DNA of 64,000 nt from Octopus vulgaris (lineage: Eukaryota). Shown one piece after another: positions 29,071-42,520 of this stretch; position 1 is the first letter of the stretch, and each line of letters begins with the position of its first letter. The notes under the pieces were generated by a model that was not told the DNA's origin, made no database searches, and saw nothing but the letters and a program-made list of their open reading frames with translations. The DNA lies in NCBI GenBank assembly GCA_951406725.2, contig OX597815.1:45818001-45882000 (forward strand). The letters are read 5' to 3'. A program made the translations under genes and the position numbers.

Positions 29071-29213
29071 AGACATCAAGTAACTGGCAAGACAAATATC
29101 CTTTGAGAGGTGGGTGTACTGGAGGAAGTGACTTTGTGTCTGGTGATGAAATATTAGAATATGACAGAAGGGCTGAAGCAGGTGTCTTGCTATAGAAGAG
29201 ATACATGGTTACC

Positions 29214-29244
<31 letters not shown>

Positions 29245-30010
29245 AAGAGAGAAGGGGAGAGAGAGAGAGAATGAGAGAAAGCGAGAGTGGAAGAGAACCA
29301 GAGAGATATAATGGTGATATGCCAGGACATACTCTCAAAATACATGGATGAGAATATAAATTAGCATATGACAATGGACAGAAGCAAGTGTCTTGTTGTG
29401 GAGGAGATGTATGGTTACAATAGTTGGAAGGAGAGAGAGAGAGAGTGAAAGAGAACAAGAGTGAGAGAGATAGTAGTGGTGTGTCAAGGTATACTCTCAA
29501 GGTACAGGGATGAGAATATAAATTAGATGGTTGAGTATTGCTAAGGGTGCATGAGTAGGGAGTTCAGAGGAATGCAAAGAAGGGGGAAGTGGGGGAATGC
29601 TGTGATTGGTGAAACCTAGGTACACAGAGGGTGGGGACACAATGGGGTAGCAATGATACAGTGGGCAGGGTAGTGAGGACAGGATTGGGTTGCAGAAGTG
29701 GGAAGAGAGAGATAAGCATAATGCACAAAAAAAAAAAGAGGAAATGTGAGAAAGAGGAGGAGGGTAGATGTAGTTTGGTTTAATGGGGTAGGGTATATGT
29801 AAAAAAAAATCTTTTTTAATGTTACATGTGGGTGGAACACACAGCACTTCCAGAACTCACTTTCGCTGAGGTGAGCAGGTCTTCTCAAGAAACCCATATT
29901 ACCAGACATTTGGTGTAATTTCCTAGACAGGCTTACAGAGACAAAATTTTCTTTGAATGTTCTTAACATTTGTATGCACTTATTTAGAGATAGTGTAATT
30001 CTGGAGGGTT

Positions 30011-30280
30011 GAGGTGCAATGGCCCAGTGGTTAGGGTAGCGGACTCGCGGTTGGAGGATCGTGGTTTCGATTCCCAGACTGGGCGTTGTGTGTGATTATT
30101 GAGCAAAAACACCTAAAACTCCATGAGGCTCCGGCAGGGGGTGGTGGCGACCCCTGTTGTACTCTATTGCCCCAACTTTCTCTCACTCTTTCTTCCTGTT
30201 TCTTGGGTAACGCTGCGATGGACTGCCACAGAAACCAGGAAATCGGGCCCATGAGCCTGGCTAGGCTTGAAAAGGGCGAG
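30011..30280 (+). mobile_element. tRNA-derived SINE with the same head as 52326-52709
   Basis: gaggtgcaatggcccagtggttagggtagcggactcgcgg...gtttcgattcccagac. Confidence 0.85.
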
Positions 30281-31024
30281 AAAGAAAGAAAGTTATTCTG
30301 GAGGTGTTATATAAGTTCTGAAGTGCTAGAAATAAAGGTTATCTATTTTAGGTGAAAGTATCATAAAGTATGGTTGGTTTTAATGCTATTTTCCGTGGCA
30401 TGGGCAGTGGCCAATGGCAAGTCGCTAATTTTCTATCAAAAGTGTATGATCTTAGCGCACAAAAATTGTGAGAAATGTGACATTAAAGCCAACTTCAAAG
30501 TAATGGTGAACGTAAAACGAGTTTTTATTCTTTTCCCGATATTGATACAACTATTTCATGAGAGATCTAAATGAAATTAATTTCTCGATACAGATACACT
30601 TCAGTTTATGTTGTTTCAAGTTATGTCATTTTTGATCTTACTTCTTTGTAAGGAATTAACAAAATAATAAAACAAAATATCAAAGAAAAACAAAACAAAA
30701 ACAAAAAATAAAAACAAAAAACAAGATCTCAGCTTTAGTCGTTTTATCCGTCTTTACTTTGGTCTCAGTGAACATTTAAAAGCATTAACATTTTAAAAAG
30801 CATCTAACAACTAAGCCTGAAATAGAAAGATAAAATACAATGCATGTGAAAATATGTACAAATCATTTGCTAAAACAGATATAAGCTAGTATATTAAAAA
30901 AAAAATGTTTTGTTCATGTCACGTCATTTTCTTAAGCTGTAAGCGCAGTAACTCATTAGCAAGTTATCTCCCTTTACCCACAATTTGGTGTCTGATAAAT
31001 TCGATGTTTCTGGGGAGAGTCAGA

Positions 31025-31491
31025 TTGTTTTAATGCCTTATCTAACACACTCTCCATTTCGGTTTCTACTCATTATTTATAAATATATATTTTTTCTTCC
31101 AAAAATTTTCGTTGCTTTTGCAACCTTGTCAATGGATGAGAGTCAACATCCAGTGACAAGGTTGCAAAAGCAACGAAAATTTTTAAAAGGAAAAAAAAAA
31201 AAGTAAATAATAAATGTATTTCTTTACTGCCCACAAGGGGCTAAACGTAGAGGGGACAAACAAGGACAGACAAAGGGATTAAGTCGATTACATCGACCCC
31301 AGTTGGAAACTGGTACTTTAATTATCGACTCCGAAAGGATGAAAGGCAAAGTCGACCTCGGTGGAATTTGAACTCAGAAGGTAACGACAGACGAAATACG
31401 GCTACGCATTTCGCCCGGCGTGCTAACGTTTCTGCCAGCTAAATGAGTGGAAATCTAACCGGTGCGTGTGTTAGATAAGGCATTAAGACAA
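31025..31491. repeat. Foldback (inverted-repeat) element interrupted by a SINE (31217-31439, TSD taaatg)
   Basis: Central hairpin at 31101-31184; outer arms taatgccttatctaacacac / gtgtgttagataaggcatta. Confidence 0.8.
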
Positions 31492-31950
31492 TACAACAAA
31501 ATTTGTTTTCACACGCGAATTCACATAAAAAATCTTGCAAACCAGATACAAAAACGAAATAAATTCGATTTTTAAATTCATTTCCATTTAATTCAATAGT
31601 TCCTTATTACCGTTTCTTGACAAAGGAATTTTCTTCCTAACTCGATCCATTTCTGTAAAATTAGATTCGCTTAACGTTATAATAATCGGTACTTCCATCA
31701 ACTTTGTTTTCTTATCTTTTATCTTTTCATTGACTTTTTACTTGTGTCAGTAATTGGACTGCGGCCTTGCTGGGGCACTGCTTTCAAGGACTTAGTCAAA
31801 TGAATCAACTCCCAGTGCTAATTTTTTAAAGACTGGTACTTATTCTATCAGTCTTTTTTTTATTTTTTTTACCGAAATTCTTAGTTATGGGGACGTAAAC
31901 AAGCCAACACCGGTTGTGAAACGATTGTGAAGGGCAAACATAACCACAAA

Positions 31951-31989
<39 letters not shown>

Positions 31990-32026
31990 ACACAAACACA
32001 CACAAACACACACAGACACAGACACA

Positions 32027-32091
<65 letters not shown>

Positions 32092-32924
32092 TCAGTTTGG
32101 GTAAAATTCGTTATTTAGCAGAAGACACTTGTACAAGGTATCGCGCGGTGGGACTGAACCCAAGACCACATGGTTGCGAAGCAATTTTAATCTCACAGCT
32201 ACGCCTGTATCTTTTACAGAGATTGAAAGTGTAATTCGTTATTACACAATTATTCTTTAATTGGTTTCAGCCAGAGACTGTAGCCATGCTGGGGGCACCG
32301 CCAATATATACAGAAATTGTATATAGAAATTAAATAAGTTACATTCCTATGCCATGCCTAGAATTCAATTCGGATTGCTTAGGAGGAAGCCAGGAATCCT
32401 AACAAGTAGACCATAAGTTATGGAAATTATATAATTTTTCTTTTTCACTCAGAAAAAAAAAGAGAAAGAAGTTCCTCTAATTTAAATCATAACAACTTCT
32501 CTTGATCATTGCCTACACACACACATCGACAACAAGCCCACATGATTCCGGGTTCAGTCTCACTGCGTGGCACCTTCTGCAAGTATCTTCTACTGTAGTC
32601 CCGGGCTCACCAAAGCCTTGTGAGTGGGTTTGATAGACAGGAATTAAAAGAATCCCGTCGCATATATATATATATATATACACATATGCATCATACATAT
32701 ACACACACACGTGTGTGTGTGTGTATAGTATTTTTTCTCCACTACCGCTTTATAACAAGTGCTGACTTATCGGCAAAAGATTCTGATAGAATAAGTATCA
32801 AACTTCAAATAAATAAATTAATATTGGAGTCAATCTGTTCGACTGAACCTTTTAAGGTGGTGTCCCAGTTTTACTGCAGTACAACGACTGAAATATGTGA
32901 AAGATAAAATACCCAAATTGTACG

Positions 32925-33890
32925 CTGTTTCTTTGTGGATAACTTGAAACTTTATGCAAAGAATATGCATGAGATGAAAAAGAACCTTAACCTAGTTACA
33001 ACATTCTCAAACGATGTAGAGTTGGAGTTTTGTTAGGATGAATGTTGTTATACGATTGTGAAAAGAGGGAAAACTGTAAACCAGACTAGCAACATCTTCA
33101 TCAGTGCCTCGACTCTTTCCCCTGTATCTGATGAGGAATGTTACAGGTGTCTAGGGGTGGATGAAAACATATCTTACAATGGCACCTGTAATAAAACACC
33201 TGTCATAAAAGAATATTACAACCGAATAAAGAAAATTTGGACCTCGGAACTCATTGGATACTTGATTGGATGCTTGATGAGATCCGAGGTATTGATATGA
33301 AAACCTGGAAAATACTAACAAGCACACATAATTTCCACATCAACAATGCTGTAAACCGTCTCTACCTAAAACAATAACAAGGCAGCAGAGGCTTAACATC
33401 AATCCAGAATGCCTTTGAATGTCGTATCATATCCTCTCGGCAGCATCTTTTAACCACCAAATGTCGAAGTGCATCGCTTGACCAAGTTTGCATACACGAA
33501 GCTGATGACATCATAAGACTTGGAAGGCAGCCCCTTGAGCAGTAAATACATACCCAAAGAAGTCGCACGATCCTACCGCAGCGTATTATCAGATGGAAGG
33601 ATGAGCGTATATGAGCAGAAGACTATGCATGGATATATTAGTAGAAAGCTCCGAGATGATAGTAACATTGATCATCAAAGCAGCTTATCATGGACCAACA
33701 ACCGGATTACTACCTCCCACTTTGAAGGGTATGCGTTTGCAATCCAGGAATAGGAAATATCTATCAAATACCTGATGCACAAAAGAGACAGGGATGCAGG
33801 GAAAACAGTAAAATGTAAAATCGATGCAGACTTTGTGGTGTTAACACCAAAGATATCGCTCTCACCATAAGTACTTGTCCAAAAATGTAC
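32925..33890 (+). mobile_element. Degraded R4/Dong-like (restriction-like endonuclease) non-LTR retrotransposon fragment
   Basis: FVDNLKLYAK (YADD-equivalent), CLGVDEN, IKKIWTSEL, RLYL..GSRGL, MHG, AIQE, then a degenerate CRLC..CPKM zinc knuckle. Many stops. Confidence 0.75.
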
Positions 33891-35298
33891 CTTTGTGTGT
33901 CTCCAGTTAAAATAGAAGAGAAACGGCTATGCCACTTCAAGAAGCACTCTGATGCTACAAGAAAAAAAAAAAAATAAAAGCGTATATTGTCCGAAGATGG
34001 AAATTCTCAACTGATAGAGTTCAGGCAAAAACCTTTTGACGCTTTTACATGTTAATTGGACTGGTAAAGACATTTTGACAATCAAAGTTTAAACATGCAG
34101 TCATCCAAAATACACGGTCTGAATGCTAGACGATAATTACTGTTACATTCGCACACTAGAAGTTGTCCCAACAACGCTGCTTTTATAAAATCCTGTGCGT
34201 AAACGAATCACAAACCTGCAGGTCTTGGAATAAGGCTGGTTGAACATCATTATGATGAAGCACCAGTTAAAATATGTCATAAAGTGTAGTAGAAACAGTA
34301 AATTTTCTAATTATCTCACAAAATGTAGTGTGTATATAATTTACTTGCGGTTGTCAAATTAACGCCAATATACAAGTTATTAAGTACTTCGCCTCTGTGA
34401 CTCAAACGCATTTTCCTTATAGAATATTTTTCAAATATGAATTACATAGGAAAGGAAAGAAAGAAAAATGAATGAAAAAAGAATAGGAATTAAATTTTGA
34501 AGATGCAAAATGAAAAAGAGGTATCAATTTTAAAAAGTTTATTCAAGCATTTTATAATTACAAATTTATTAAATATATCTTTGAATTCATGTTAAAAACT
34601 TGCACATACTTTACATATAGATTTTATATAACCAGTACACAAATATTACACACACAGCCATACATATTATATAACGGTTCAGATGTTACCTGTTTCAGAT
34701 AACATTTTGTTTCGTTTTCTAAATATTCACAGTTTAAATAGTTTCTTTAACATAACGTATTTTATAACTATATTTTATAAGTTACCAACACTTGACTTAT
34801 TTTTGTCATTGCTATTTTGAGATGAGTAACCTCAGAATGAAGAAATCAAACTAAGATATATAGACACAAATATCGGTTTCAAATTTTGGCAGAGGGCCAG
34901 TAATTTCATGGGAGGAGGTAAGTCAATTACATCGACCCCAGTGTTCAACTGGTACTTATTTTATCAGCTCCAAAAGGATGAAAGGCGAAGTCGATCTCGG
35001 TAGAATTTGAATTTTGAACGTGAAGACAGACAAAATGCCATGAAACATTTTGCCCAGTGTGCTAACGATTCTGCCAGCTCGCCGCCTTTCTAGACAAATG
35101 TTACAAATTAGAATTCATGAGTTCATATTTGTATGATATAAACGAAAAACATTTTTAGTCTAAGTAAATATGCAGTTTGTTCTTTCTATAAGATTGTTGA
35201 ACTTGATTACTGAAAGTTGACTTGAAATTAAAACTACTTTCATGTCAAATTCTGTTCAGAAATTTGAACTACACACTTAGCAGTTTGTTACTGATACA

Positions 35299-35464
35299 CA
35301 GGGCCAGCTCAAGATACCGACAGCTCGGGCAGTCGCCTGGGGCGCTATGTACTAGGAAGCGCCAAGGAGAGCGTGACAAAGACGAATAAATTTCCACGAC
35401 CATCACCTTGCACACGCCGAAGTTCAGTTTGCCCGGGGCACCAGCAACCTTAGAGCCGGCCCTG
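35299..35464. mobile_element. hAT-type MITE with 8-bp TSD
   Basis: TIRs cagggccagctc / gagccggccctg; TSD ctgataca at 35291-35298 and 35465-35472. Confidence 0.9.
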
Positions 35465-36829
35465 CTGATACACATTAGTCTGAAAAGGATGATACAATAA
35501 GTGTGCCCGACAAAAAAACTAATCTCAGCTGCACTAGAAGTACACAATCAATAGTTTACTTTTAAACGTGGACTCTCGTGGACTCTCCTGTCGTAGACGA
35601 CAGATGAGGGCTCAGCAATTTCTTGCTGAACAACTTGCACAGATGATTTGTTTATAGCGATCAAATGTATGTGCTACACATTTACACAGCTTACTCCCTC
35701 CATTAAATCGACATTGCCAGTATAGATGCACACGCCAGCTGTCGCCGTGATCTCAGAGCAACTTGAAATATAGTGTTTTGCTCAAGAGTACAACTCACCG
35801 CTCGGTCCGGGACTCGAAGCAATGATCTCACGATTGTGAGAGCAACATCCCAACAACTACATAACTGACTTAGCGTACATGTTCGAATCAGTAAACTGGC
35901 AGACAAAATCCCTTGTTGCATTTAATTACGTTCCTTGACGTTCTGAGTTAAAATCCTCCTTCAATTTCTTTCACCCTTCTGGTGTCGATAAAATAAATAC
36001 TAGTCAAGTACTAGGTCAATTAAATCGACAATTTCTTTCTCCAAAAGTTATGGTCTCTTATCGCTGTTAAAAATCCGTATTATGTCTACAATGGAGTGAT
36101 ATTTTCATTATCTCCATTTAGGTTCCACAAGCGTTCTTTCGTATTTCTCACGTTGATCGATCAATATGTTCATTACAGTGACCTATAATATTTAGCGCAT
36201 GCATTCCTCATAACCACAGCTTCCCATATGTAATATATAAATGATTAGGACGGAGGTTTGTAAATAAGTCGCCTTTTAAAATTTCTGCTTTAAATATTAA
36301 TAAGCCAGATAACTAAAGGTGCTTGATACATAAAGAAATTTTCTTCAAGAAAACATTTGATCCATTTGTTTAATGTCTTTAAAAGATCATAGAACAAAGA
36401 AAAAACAAATCGAAATTCATGTATTTTAGAGAAATAGCTTAATAACCAGAAAATCAAATGATTTCCAGTGAAGAAATGCTGATCCATCCTTTGCATGAGA
36501 CTGAATTTAAATATTCAGCCTCGTTCTAAATTTACTAACGAAAAGATACATCAAATGTTTAAGTATTTTAATCTGCTTAAGAACATATGATTTTATTGGA
36601 ATGGTTACTTTAATGTGTATCATTATTAGTAAGAGATATTCAAGAATCTACCACTTTGGGGATTTATTGATTCGTTACGGAAAAAGAAACCTCCATTATA
36701 TTTGCACGAAAAAAATTATTTTCGCTTTTAAATATCGAATACGAAATCACAATGAATAGTTAAAAAATGTTTCCATCAAAACTTGTTCTATAAATATGTA
36801 ACACACACACACACATTTATATATAGTAA

Positions 36830-36893
<64 letters not shown>

Positions 36894-37739
36894 CACGCAT
36901 GCACACTTACAAAATTATTATAAATTTAGAACTATGAATTACAGACAAATGTTATTTGATTCCGATGGAATTAAACCTTCTTAGAAAGGAAGGCTGATTT
37001 TTCAATTGTCGGAAATGCTTGACAAGAAAATGTATAGCTTGAAATTCTCTGCTCTGAAGATGCAAACATGTTCTGTCTAACCCGAAATAATTTTTGCATC
37101 TTCCACGCAAAAGAGTTCTAGTTTTACATTTTCTTTTCAAACATTCCCTACAATCGCACGATCTCTCTTCCTAGTAAGGAGGTTTAATTTTGCATGAAAC
37201 CAATTGGTATCATTGTCTGTCTGTAATACAAGGAACTTTGTATTAAGGTTACATACTTTGTTACATATACGGTGCATGGTCAATTTTTCTGATTTATGAA
37301 TCGGACATTATATATAATATATATATATATCACAATCTTCTGATAAATTAAAGTTTTTTAAATACATACACTGTCATTTAGCACATTCACTTTGTAATGG
37401 TAATACGGAAGAAGAAAGTTTAGTATAATTTTATTTAAAAAATATATAAACTAATGAAAAAGTAGTAAAAAGAGCGATACATTTTCTCTGGATAATTATT
37501 GAAACAGTTTAATTTATGTTACTGATGTAAATGCACCCTAGCCGGCAGGGTATGGTGTCTTAGATAGTTTTCATAACTTATAGATATGCGCGCGCGCGTG
37601 TGTGCGTGCGTGTGTGCGCGTGCGTGGTATATAACGATCGTAACGTTACGCACGGATTAGGATATAACATCAGAATATAATTAAATGTCAGCAGAAAACT
37701 GATCGGATGAAAGAAGCTAGAAAAAGATATGGAAGAGAG

Positions 37740-37780
<41 letters not shown>

Positions 37781-37782
37781 GT

Positions 37783-37866
<84 letters not shown>

Positions 37867-38465
37867 GAGAGATGAAAAATAGAAAGTAGAGAAAATTCAT
37901 TTATAAAGACAATTAGAGGATGAAATTCAGAACGGTTGAGATTTAAAAAAAATAGAGTACTTAAGTTATGGAAAGAACGAAAAAAATTGAAATACAAATA
38001 ATGAATAATCGTTCTTTGAACATATTCTATGCACTAAATTATTAAGAATACTTAAATTTAGGAATGCATTTGAAAATCACACATATGCGTATTCATACAC
38101 GCTCATGCCCACGTATAAATATAAAATCATTTTTTTTGTACTGTTGAATTCTTATATCGTCAAAGACGTGCACATATACAAATTGAAAGCCTGATTACTG
38201 TAAGAACAAAAATGCATGTTTATGTGTTAATAGATCAAACTAAAATCTTTGGTGTTAGTTTGATTAATTATCTACCAACACTCCACTGGTTTCGTAATAT
38301 TTACATGTGTATCACACAGTGAAATAATTCCAACTTATGCTTAAAATGCTTTAAGTGGCAGCATCATTATATTTGCCATCTCTTGATTATTTAAGAATAA
38401 ATATATTTTTGCGCTGTCTGCAACACATCAACTTTAGTTGTGTGCACATGTGTGTGTATTATATA

Positions 38466-38511
<46 letters not shown>

Positions 38512-38969
38512 GCATTTCAAGTATTTTTTTAATACAGCGGGATGATGTTTATTTGATATAATTTTTAAAAAACGTTGTAATATTTCATTTTTACAAAATA
38601 CACTTCAAGTAACAGTTTTTTATCGATTAGAAATCGATGAATTTTCATTAAACTTCAAAAATATGTTTTTATCACAATATTTCAATCACCGTCCAGCCAA
38701 TTTTTTTTGCATTATTTTCTTTTGAAAATTTTCATTTCAATTGTTTTTGTTGTTTACTATCTCTTTGTCTCCAAAGAGCAATATGTAAACTGCAGTTGTT
38801 CGTGAAAGATTTCAATCACCAAAACATATACATATATATACGCTTATTGTCATATAAATATATCTTTGATACAGCAGTGGTAGTATTTGGTTCCTTACTA
38901 CTGTATCCAATGTTTTACTTTAATTTGTTTTAAATTTCATAAGTCGCTATGTTCTAGAAATACCGGTGT

Positions 38970-39152
38970 CTAACTGTAGCGCCACCAGTGATAGTAATCA
39001 ATGTTACCATGTATCCAGTCCAGGTAACTTTGTACGCGAGTAAATACGTTGGGGAAACCTCTTGCTGAACAGTTGTTGATAAGCCACGACATGACACCGC
39101 CGAGATAGTAAGTTCCATTCACTTCACACATTAAAGGACCACCAGAATCGCC
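38970..39152 (-). CDS. S1A (chymotrypsin-family) serine protease, last exon with catalytic Ser (GDSGGPLMCEVNGTYYLGGVMSWLINNCSARGFPNVFTRVQSYLDWIHGNIDYYHWWRYS*)
   Basis: atttcag| acceptor, GDSGGP motif, SW...C...P.VFTRV..YLDWI, TAG stop. Confidence 0.95.
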   Translation of the reverse strand, partial: GDSGGPLMCEVNGTYYLGGVMSWLINNCSARGFPNVFTRVQSYLDWIHGNIDYYHWWRYS

Positions 39153-40285
39153 CTGAAATTAAGAAATAATATAATATAATTAAATAATTACATTTTCCTT
39201 CTATGTAAGTGTAGTTTTTATTCAAACATACATTGAAATATATTGCATCTTAACTGCTCCCGTTTTCTTTTCTTTACTAAAAAAGTCTTTATCCTAAATT
39301 ATGTGACTATGTTCTTTTGGTGGATCAGATACACCCAACAGATTATAAATATAAATGCACCAAATTATAAATTGATCTAGAAAGTATCATATAACTTTGA
39401 GAACCACGCAGACAAATTAGATTTTCAAGTGTTCAGATTAATCAATTTAGTTTTAAACTTGCCTACCTACTTTCAGTTGCAAACGACAAAATATAATTTT
39501 ACTATAAAATTTCCTCCATAGACTACGTCCTATTTTCAATTTGAGGTGCATTGACAGAATTGATAGAGCGTCGGATAAAATACCTTCTCGTATTTGTTTA
39601 TGTATCGAGTTTCATCAACCAAGGTCAAATATGGTTTTCATTCCTTTGTGGTCGACGAAACAAAGTACCAGCCAAATAATGGGGTTTAGCCCTCTGCCTC
39701 CATCTGGTAGGATTTTTAATGTTCCGTTGGGCCAAGGATGCTAAGTCAGACAAGGCATCTGTGTATGCTCGTGGCTGCATGAAGCAAGTCTTATTCAACT
39801 GCGAGGTTTCTTGAATTTATTAATTCTTAATGTAATAGTCACGCCCGGTGCTTAGTAAATGAGCAAAGTTCTTTTATGGATATAAATATATTTACGTTAA
39901 TGTATTTTTTTATGTGAATATGTCTAACTTCGTAATCATCAATGTTACTTCGGTTCATTTGATAGCATATAGATTTTTTTGTATAACCGCCAGGACCTAG
40001 CACGGCGATGTTCCTCATATGCCTTAAGATATATCTAAAAAAACAGCAGTGCAAACGAATAGGTTCGTTGTGTTCGTGGTCTCTAGTGTGTATATTCTAC
40101 GCCTTTATAAATCCTAACCTACCGTCCCAGTATAGGACTACGTTGATTTTGTTGCTTCGACCTTTCAGTTCATTAGAGAGCAATAAACTTGGATGAAACT
40201 GCCGTAAACACAAGAGCTAGAAGCATCTGTAACGTGAAATACGAAATCTAAGGATCTCATTTGATTTTGACTGGAATATACTTAC

Positions 40286-40428
40286 ATAGCAAGCGCCGGT
40301 GTCTCCGTATCCAACACATACTTGTTGGTCTAAAACGCTGATATCCACTCGTCCCCACATTGGTTTACACGCTTCGCTCGGTACAATGTCGACTTGTAAT
40401 TCGTTCAGCCCATTCGTTTCACCACTTC
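40286..40428 (-). CDS. S1A serine protease exon (GSGETNGLNELQVDIVPSEACKPMWGRVDISVLDQQVCVGYGDTGACY)
   Basis: ttcag|...|gtaagt. The phase-0 intron immediately before GDSGG is a typical position in S1A genes. Confidence 0.95.
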
Positions 40429-40647
40429 CTGAATGCAAGGACGAAATATTAAAGTGTTATTTTTGTTAAAATGAAGGGATGGTTGGGGATGGGATTTCGA
40501 TAGAAGCCAATAAAATAATTACCGACAATATGCAGTGCCCACGATGCGGCATTGCATTATAGAATTACAATCTTTTTTCTAAATCTCAGACAACCTCGAC
40601 ATCATGATCATTATAACAATCTTCTTCTTCTTCTTCTTCTTCTTCTT

Positions 40648-40677
<30 letters not shown>

Positions 40678-40678
<1 letters not shown>

Positions 40679-41292
40679 AGGCGGCGTGCTTGTAGAATTG
40701 TTAGCACACCGGGCAAAATGCTTTGCAACATTTCGTCCGCCTTTACGTTCTGAGTTCAAATTCCACCGAGGTCGACTTTGCCTTTCATCCTTTCGGGATC
40801 GATAAATTAAGTACCAGTTGAATACTGGGGTCGATGTAATCGACTAGTCCCCTTCTTCCGATTTTCACGCCTTGTGCTTTTAGTAGAAAGGATTATTATT
40901 TTTGTTATTAAGGCGGCTCTTTACGTTCAAGGTTCAAATTTTGCCGTAATCGACTTTCCTTTTCATATTTTTAGGGTCGATAAAATAAGTACCAGTTGGA
41001 TACACGGGTCGATATAACCGATTAGCTGCACCCTCCTCCTAAATTGCTGACCTTATGACAAAATTTGAAACCATTAAGGCGGAAGTGAGCTGGGAGAATC
41101 ATCAACACGCTGGACAATATGCTTAGCGTCATTTCATCCGTTGCTAACGGACTCCAAATTCTGCCGAAGTCGACTTGTCTTTTCATCTTTTCAGGATCGA
41201 TAAAATAAATAGCTGTTGAGCATTGGGGTCAATGTAATCGACTATCCCCTTCCTTCTAAAATTCAGGCCTTGTACCTTTAGCAGAAAGGAGT
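40678..41292 (+). mobile_element. Head-to-tail cluster of three SINE copies (Meta-like family) after (CTT)n
   Basis: Three repeats of gtcgactt..ctttcat..tt.gg.tcgataaa..aagtaccagttg. Confidence 0.85.
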
Positions 41293-42399
41293 ATTATTAT
41301 TGTAGATGTCTTTGTGAGGAGCGGATGTTTTTAACAGAGCTCTACATGATTGTATGTTAAGACGTTCATTTGATGAGTTGCTTTGTATATTTTAGCAACT
41401 AAGAACTTCAAAGCATTTTAACATCTACTCTGAGTAGCAGGGGATGAATGCAGAAGTAAGGTTTGTTTCAGATATTTAAAGAGACTTCATATTTCTACAA
41501 AGCTTTGTTTACTACTGATTCAAGATTACCATCACTGGAGGAATGAGAAGAGGTGCTTTACACAGAAGTAAAAGTAAGAAACACATCCATAAATTTAACA
41601 GATCAACGGAAAAAGACAATAAACAGAAAAATGTTGACAACTGAAATTAAACAGGTAATCACATTTATAAAATAAATATTTTACAAATAAAAATGAGAAA
41701 ACAAATAATTGAAAACGTTAGTTTTAACAACAAAGACAACAGCAACAACAGTAACTCCTCATTGGCAAGTGTTGCAAGCCAGAGAAAGACACTGGACACA
41801 CACACAAAAAAACCCAAAAGGAAGAAAGAAAGAAAGAAGAAAAGTGGAAAGTATATGTCACACAGAGGAATGGGTGAGAAGAGAAGAAATGTACTCCTGT
41901 TTCGGAGTGGATACTTCAATATAGCCTGTAAGAAACATTTAGATAAAACGCTAGCCAGTGTGTGATACAATACGTGGTTTATCGACCGTTGAAGAGCATT
42001 TGGAAGCATATTTATTCCCGAAGACATTGTGAGAATATAGGCGGAACTGGTACACCATACATCTATATACATACTGGTGCCACAACATATAGTGGTTCAA
42101 AACTCTAGGATCACCACTAGGAACATCAATACGGACGTTGAGTGTTAACTCTCTGTACCTTCTGTGATACTATGGTGAGTGCGAAGCTAAATTGTAACAA
42201 TATGTAGATGAGTAGGTCTGCATAAATGTGCATGATTTAATGACACCCAAAGAACACAAGGCTTTGCTAAGATGGTCCCCATTGTGAAGAAAGATAGGAA
42301 GACACCTCGGCACACGACCGGTCAGCGGAGACGGGCGGTCCACGAAGGGATGGCTATGCCACCGAGACCAGCGGCCCGCGCGCAGTAATGCGAATGCTG

Positions 42400-42520
42400 C
42401 ATTGTATGCTACGTCAGTTGTGTGCCCTCTCAAAAATCGGATTAAAGTCAAGCTTAACAGGGTTTTCTTTTCCTCGTCGATCCGTTCAAGGCCGTTCTCT
42501 TGACTGTGGCTTTGCCAGAT
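42400..42520 (-). pseudogene. Degenerate 28S rRNA fragment
   Basis: Minus strand atctggcaaagccacagtcaagagaacggccttgaacggatcgacgaggaaaagaaaaccctgttaagcttgactttaatccga resembles the conserved 28S segment atctagcgaaaccacagccaagggaacgggcttgg...gaaagaagaccctgttgagcttgactctagt. Confidence 0.75.
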
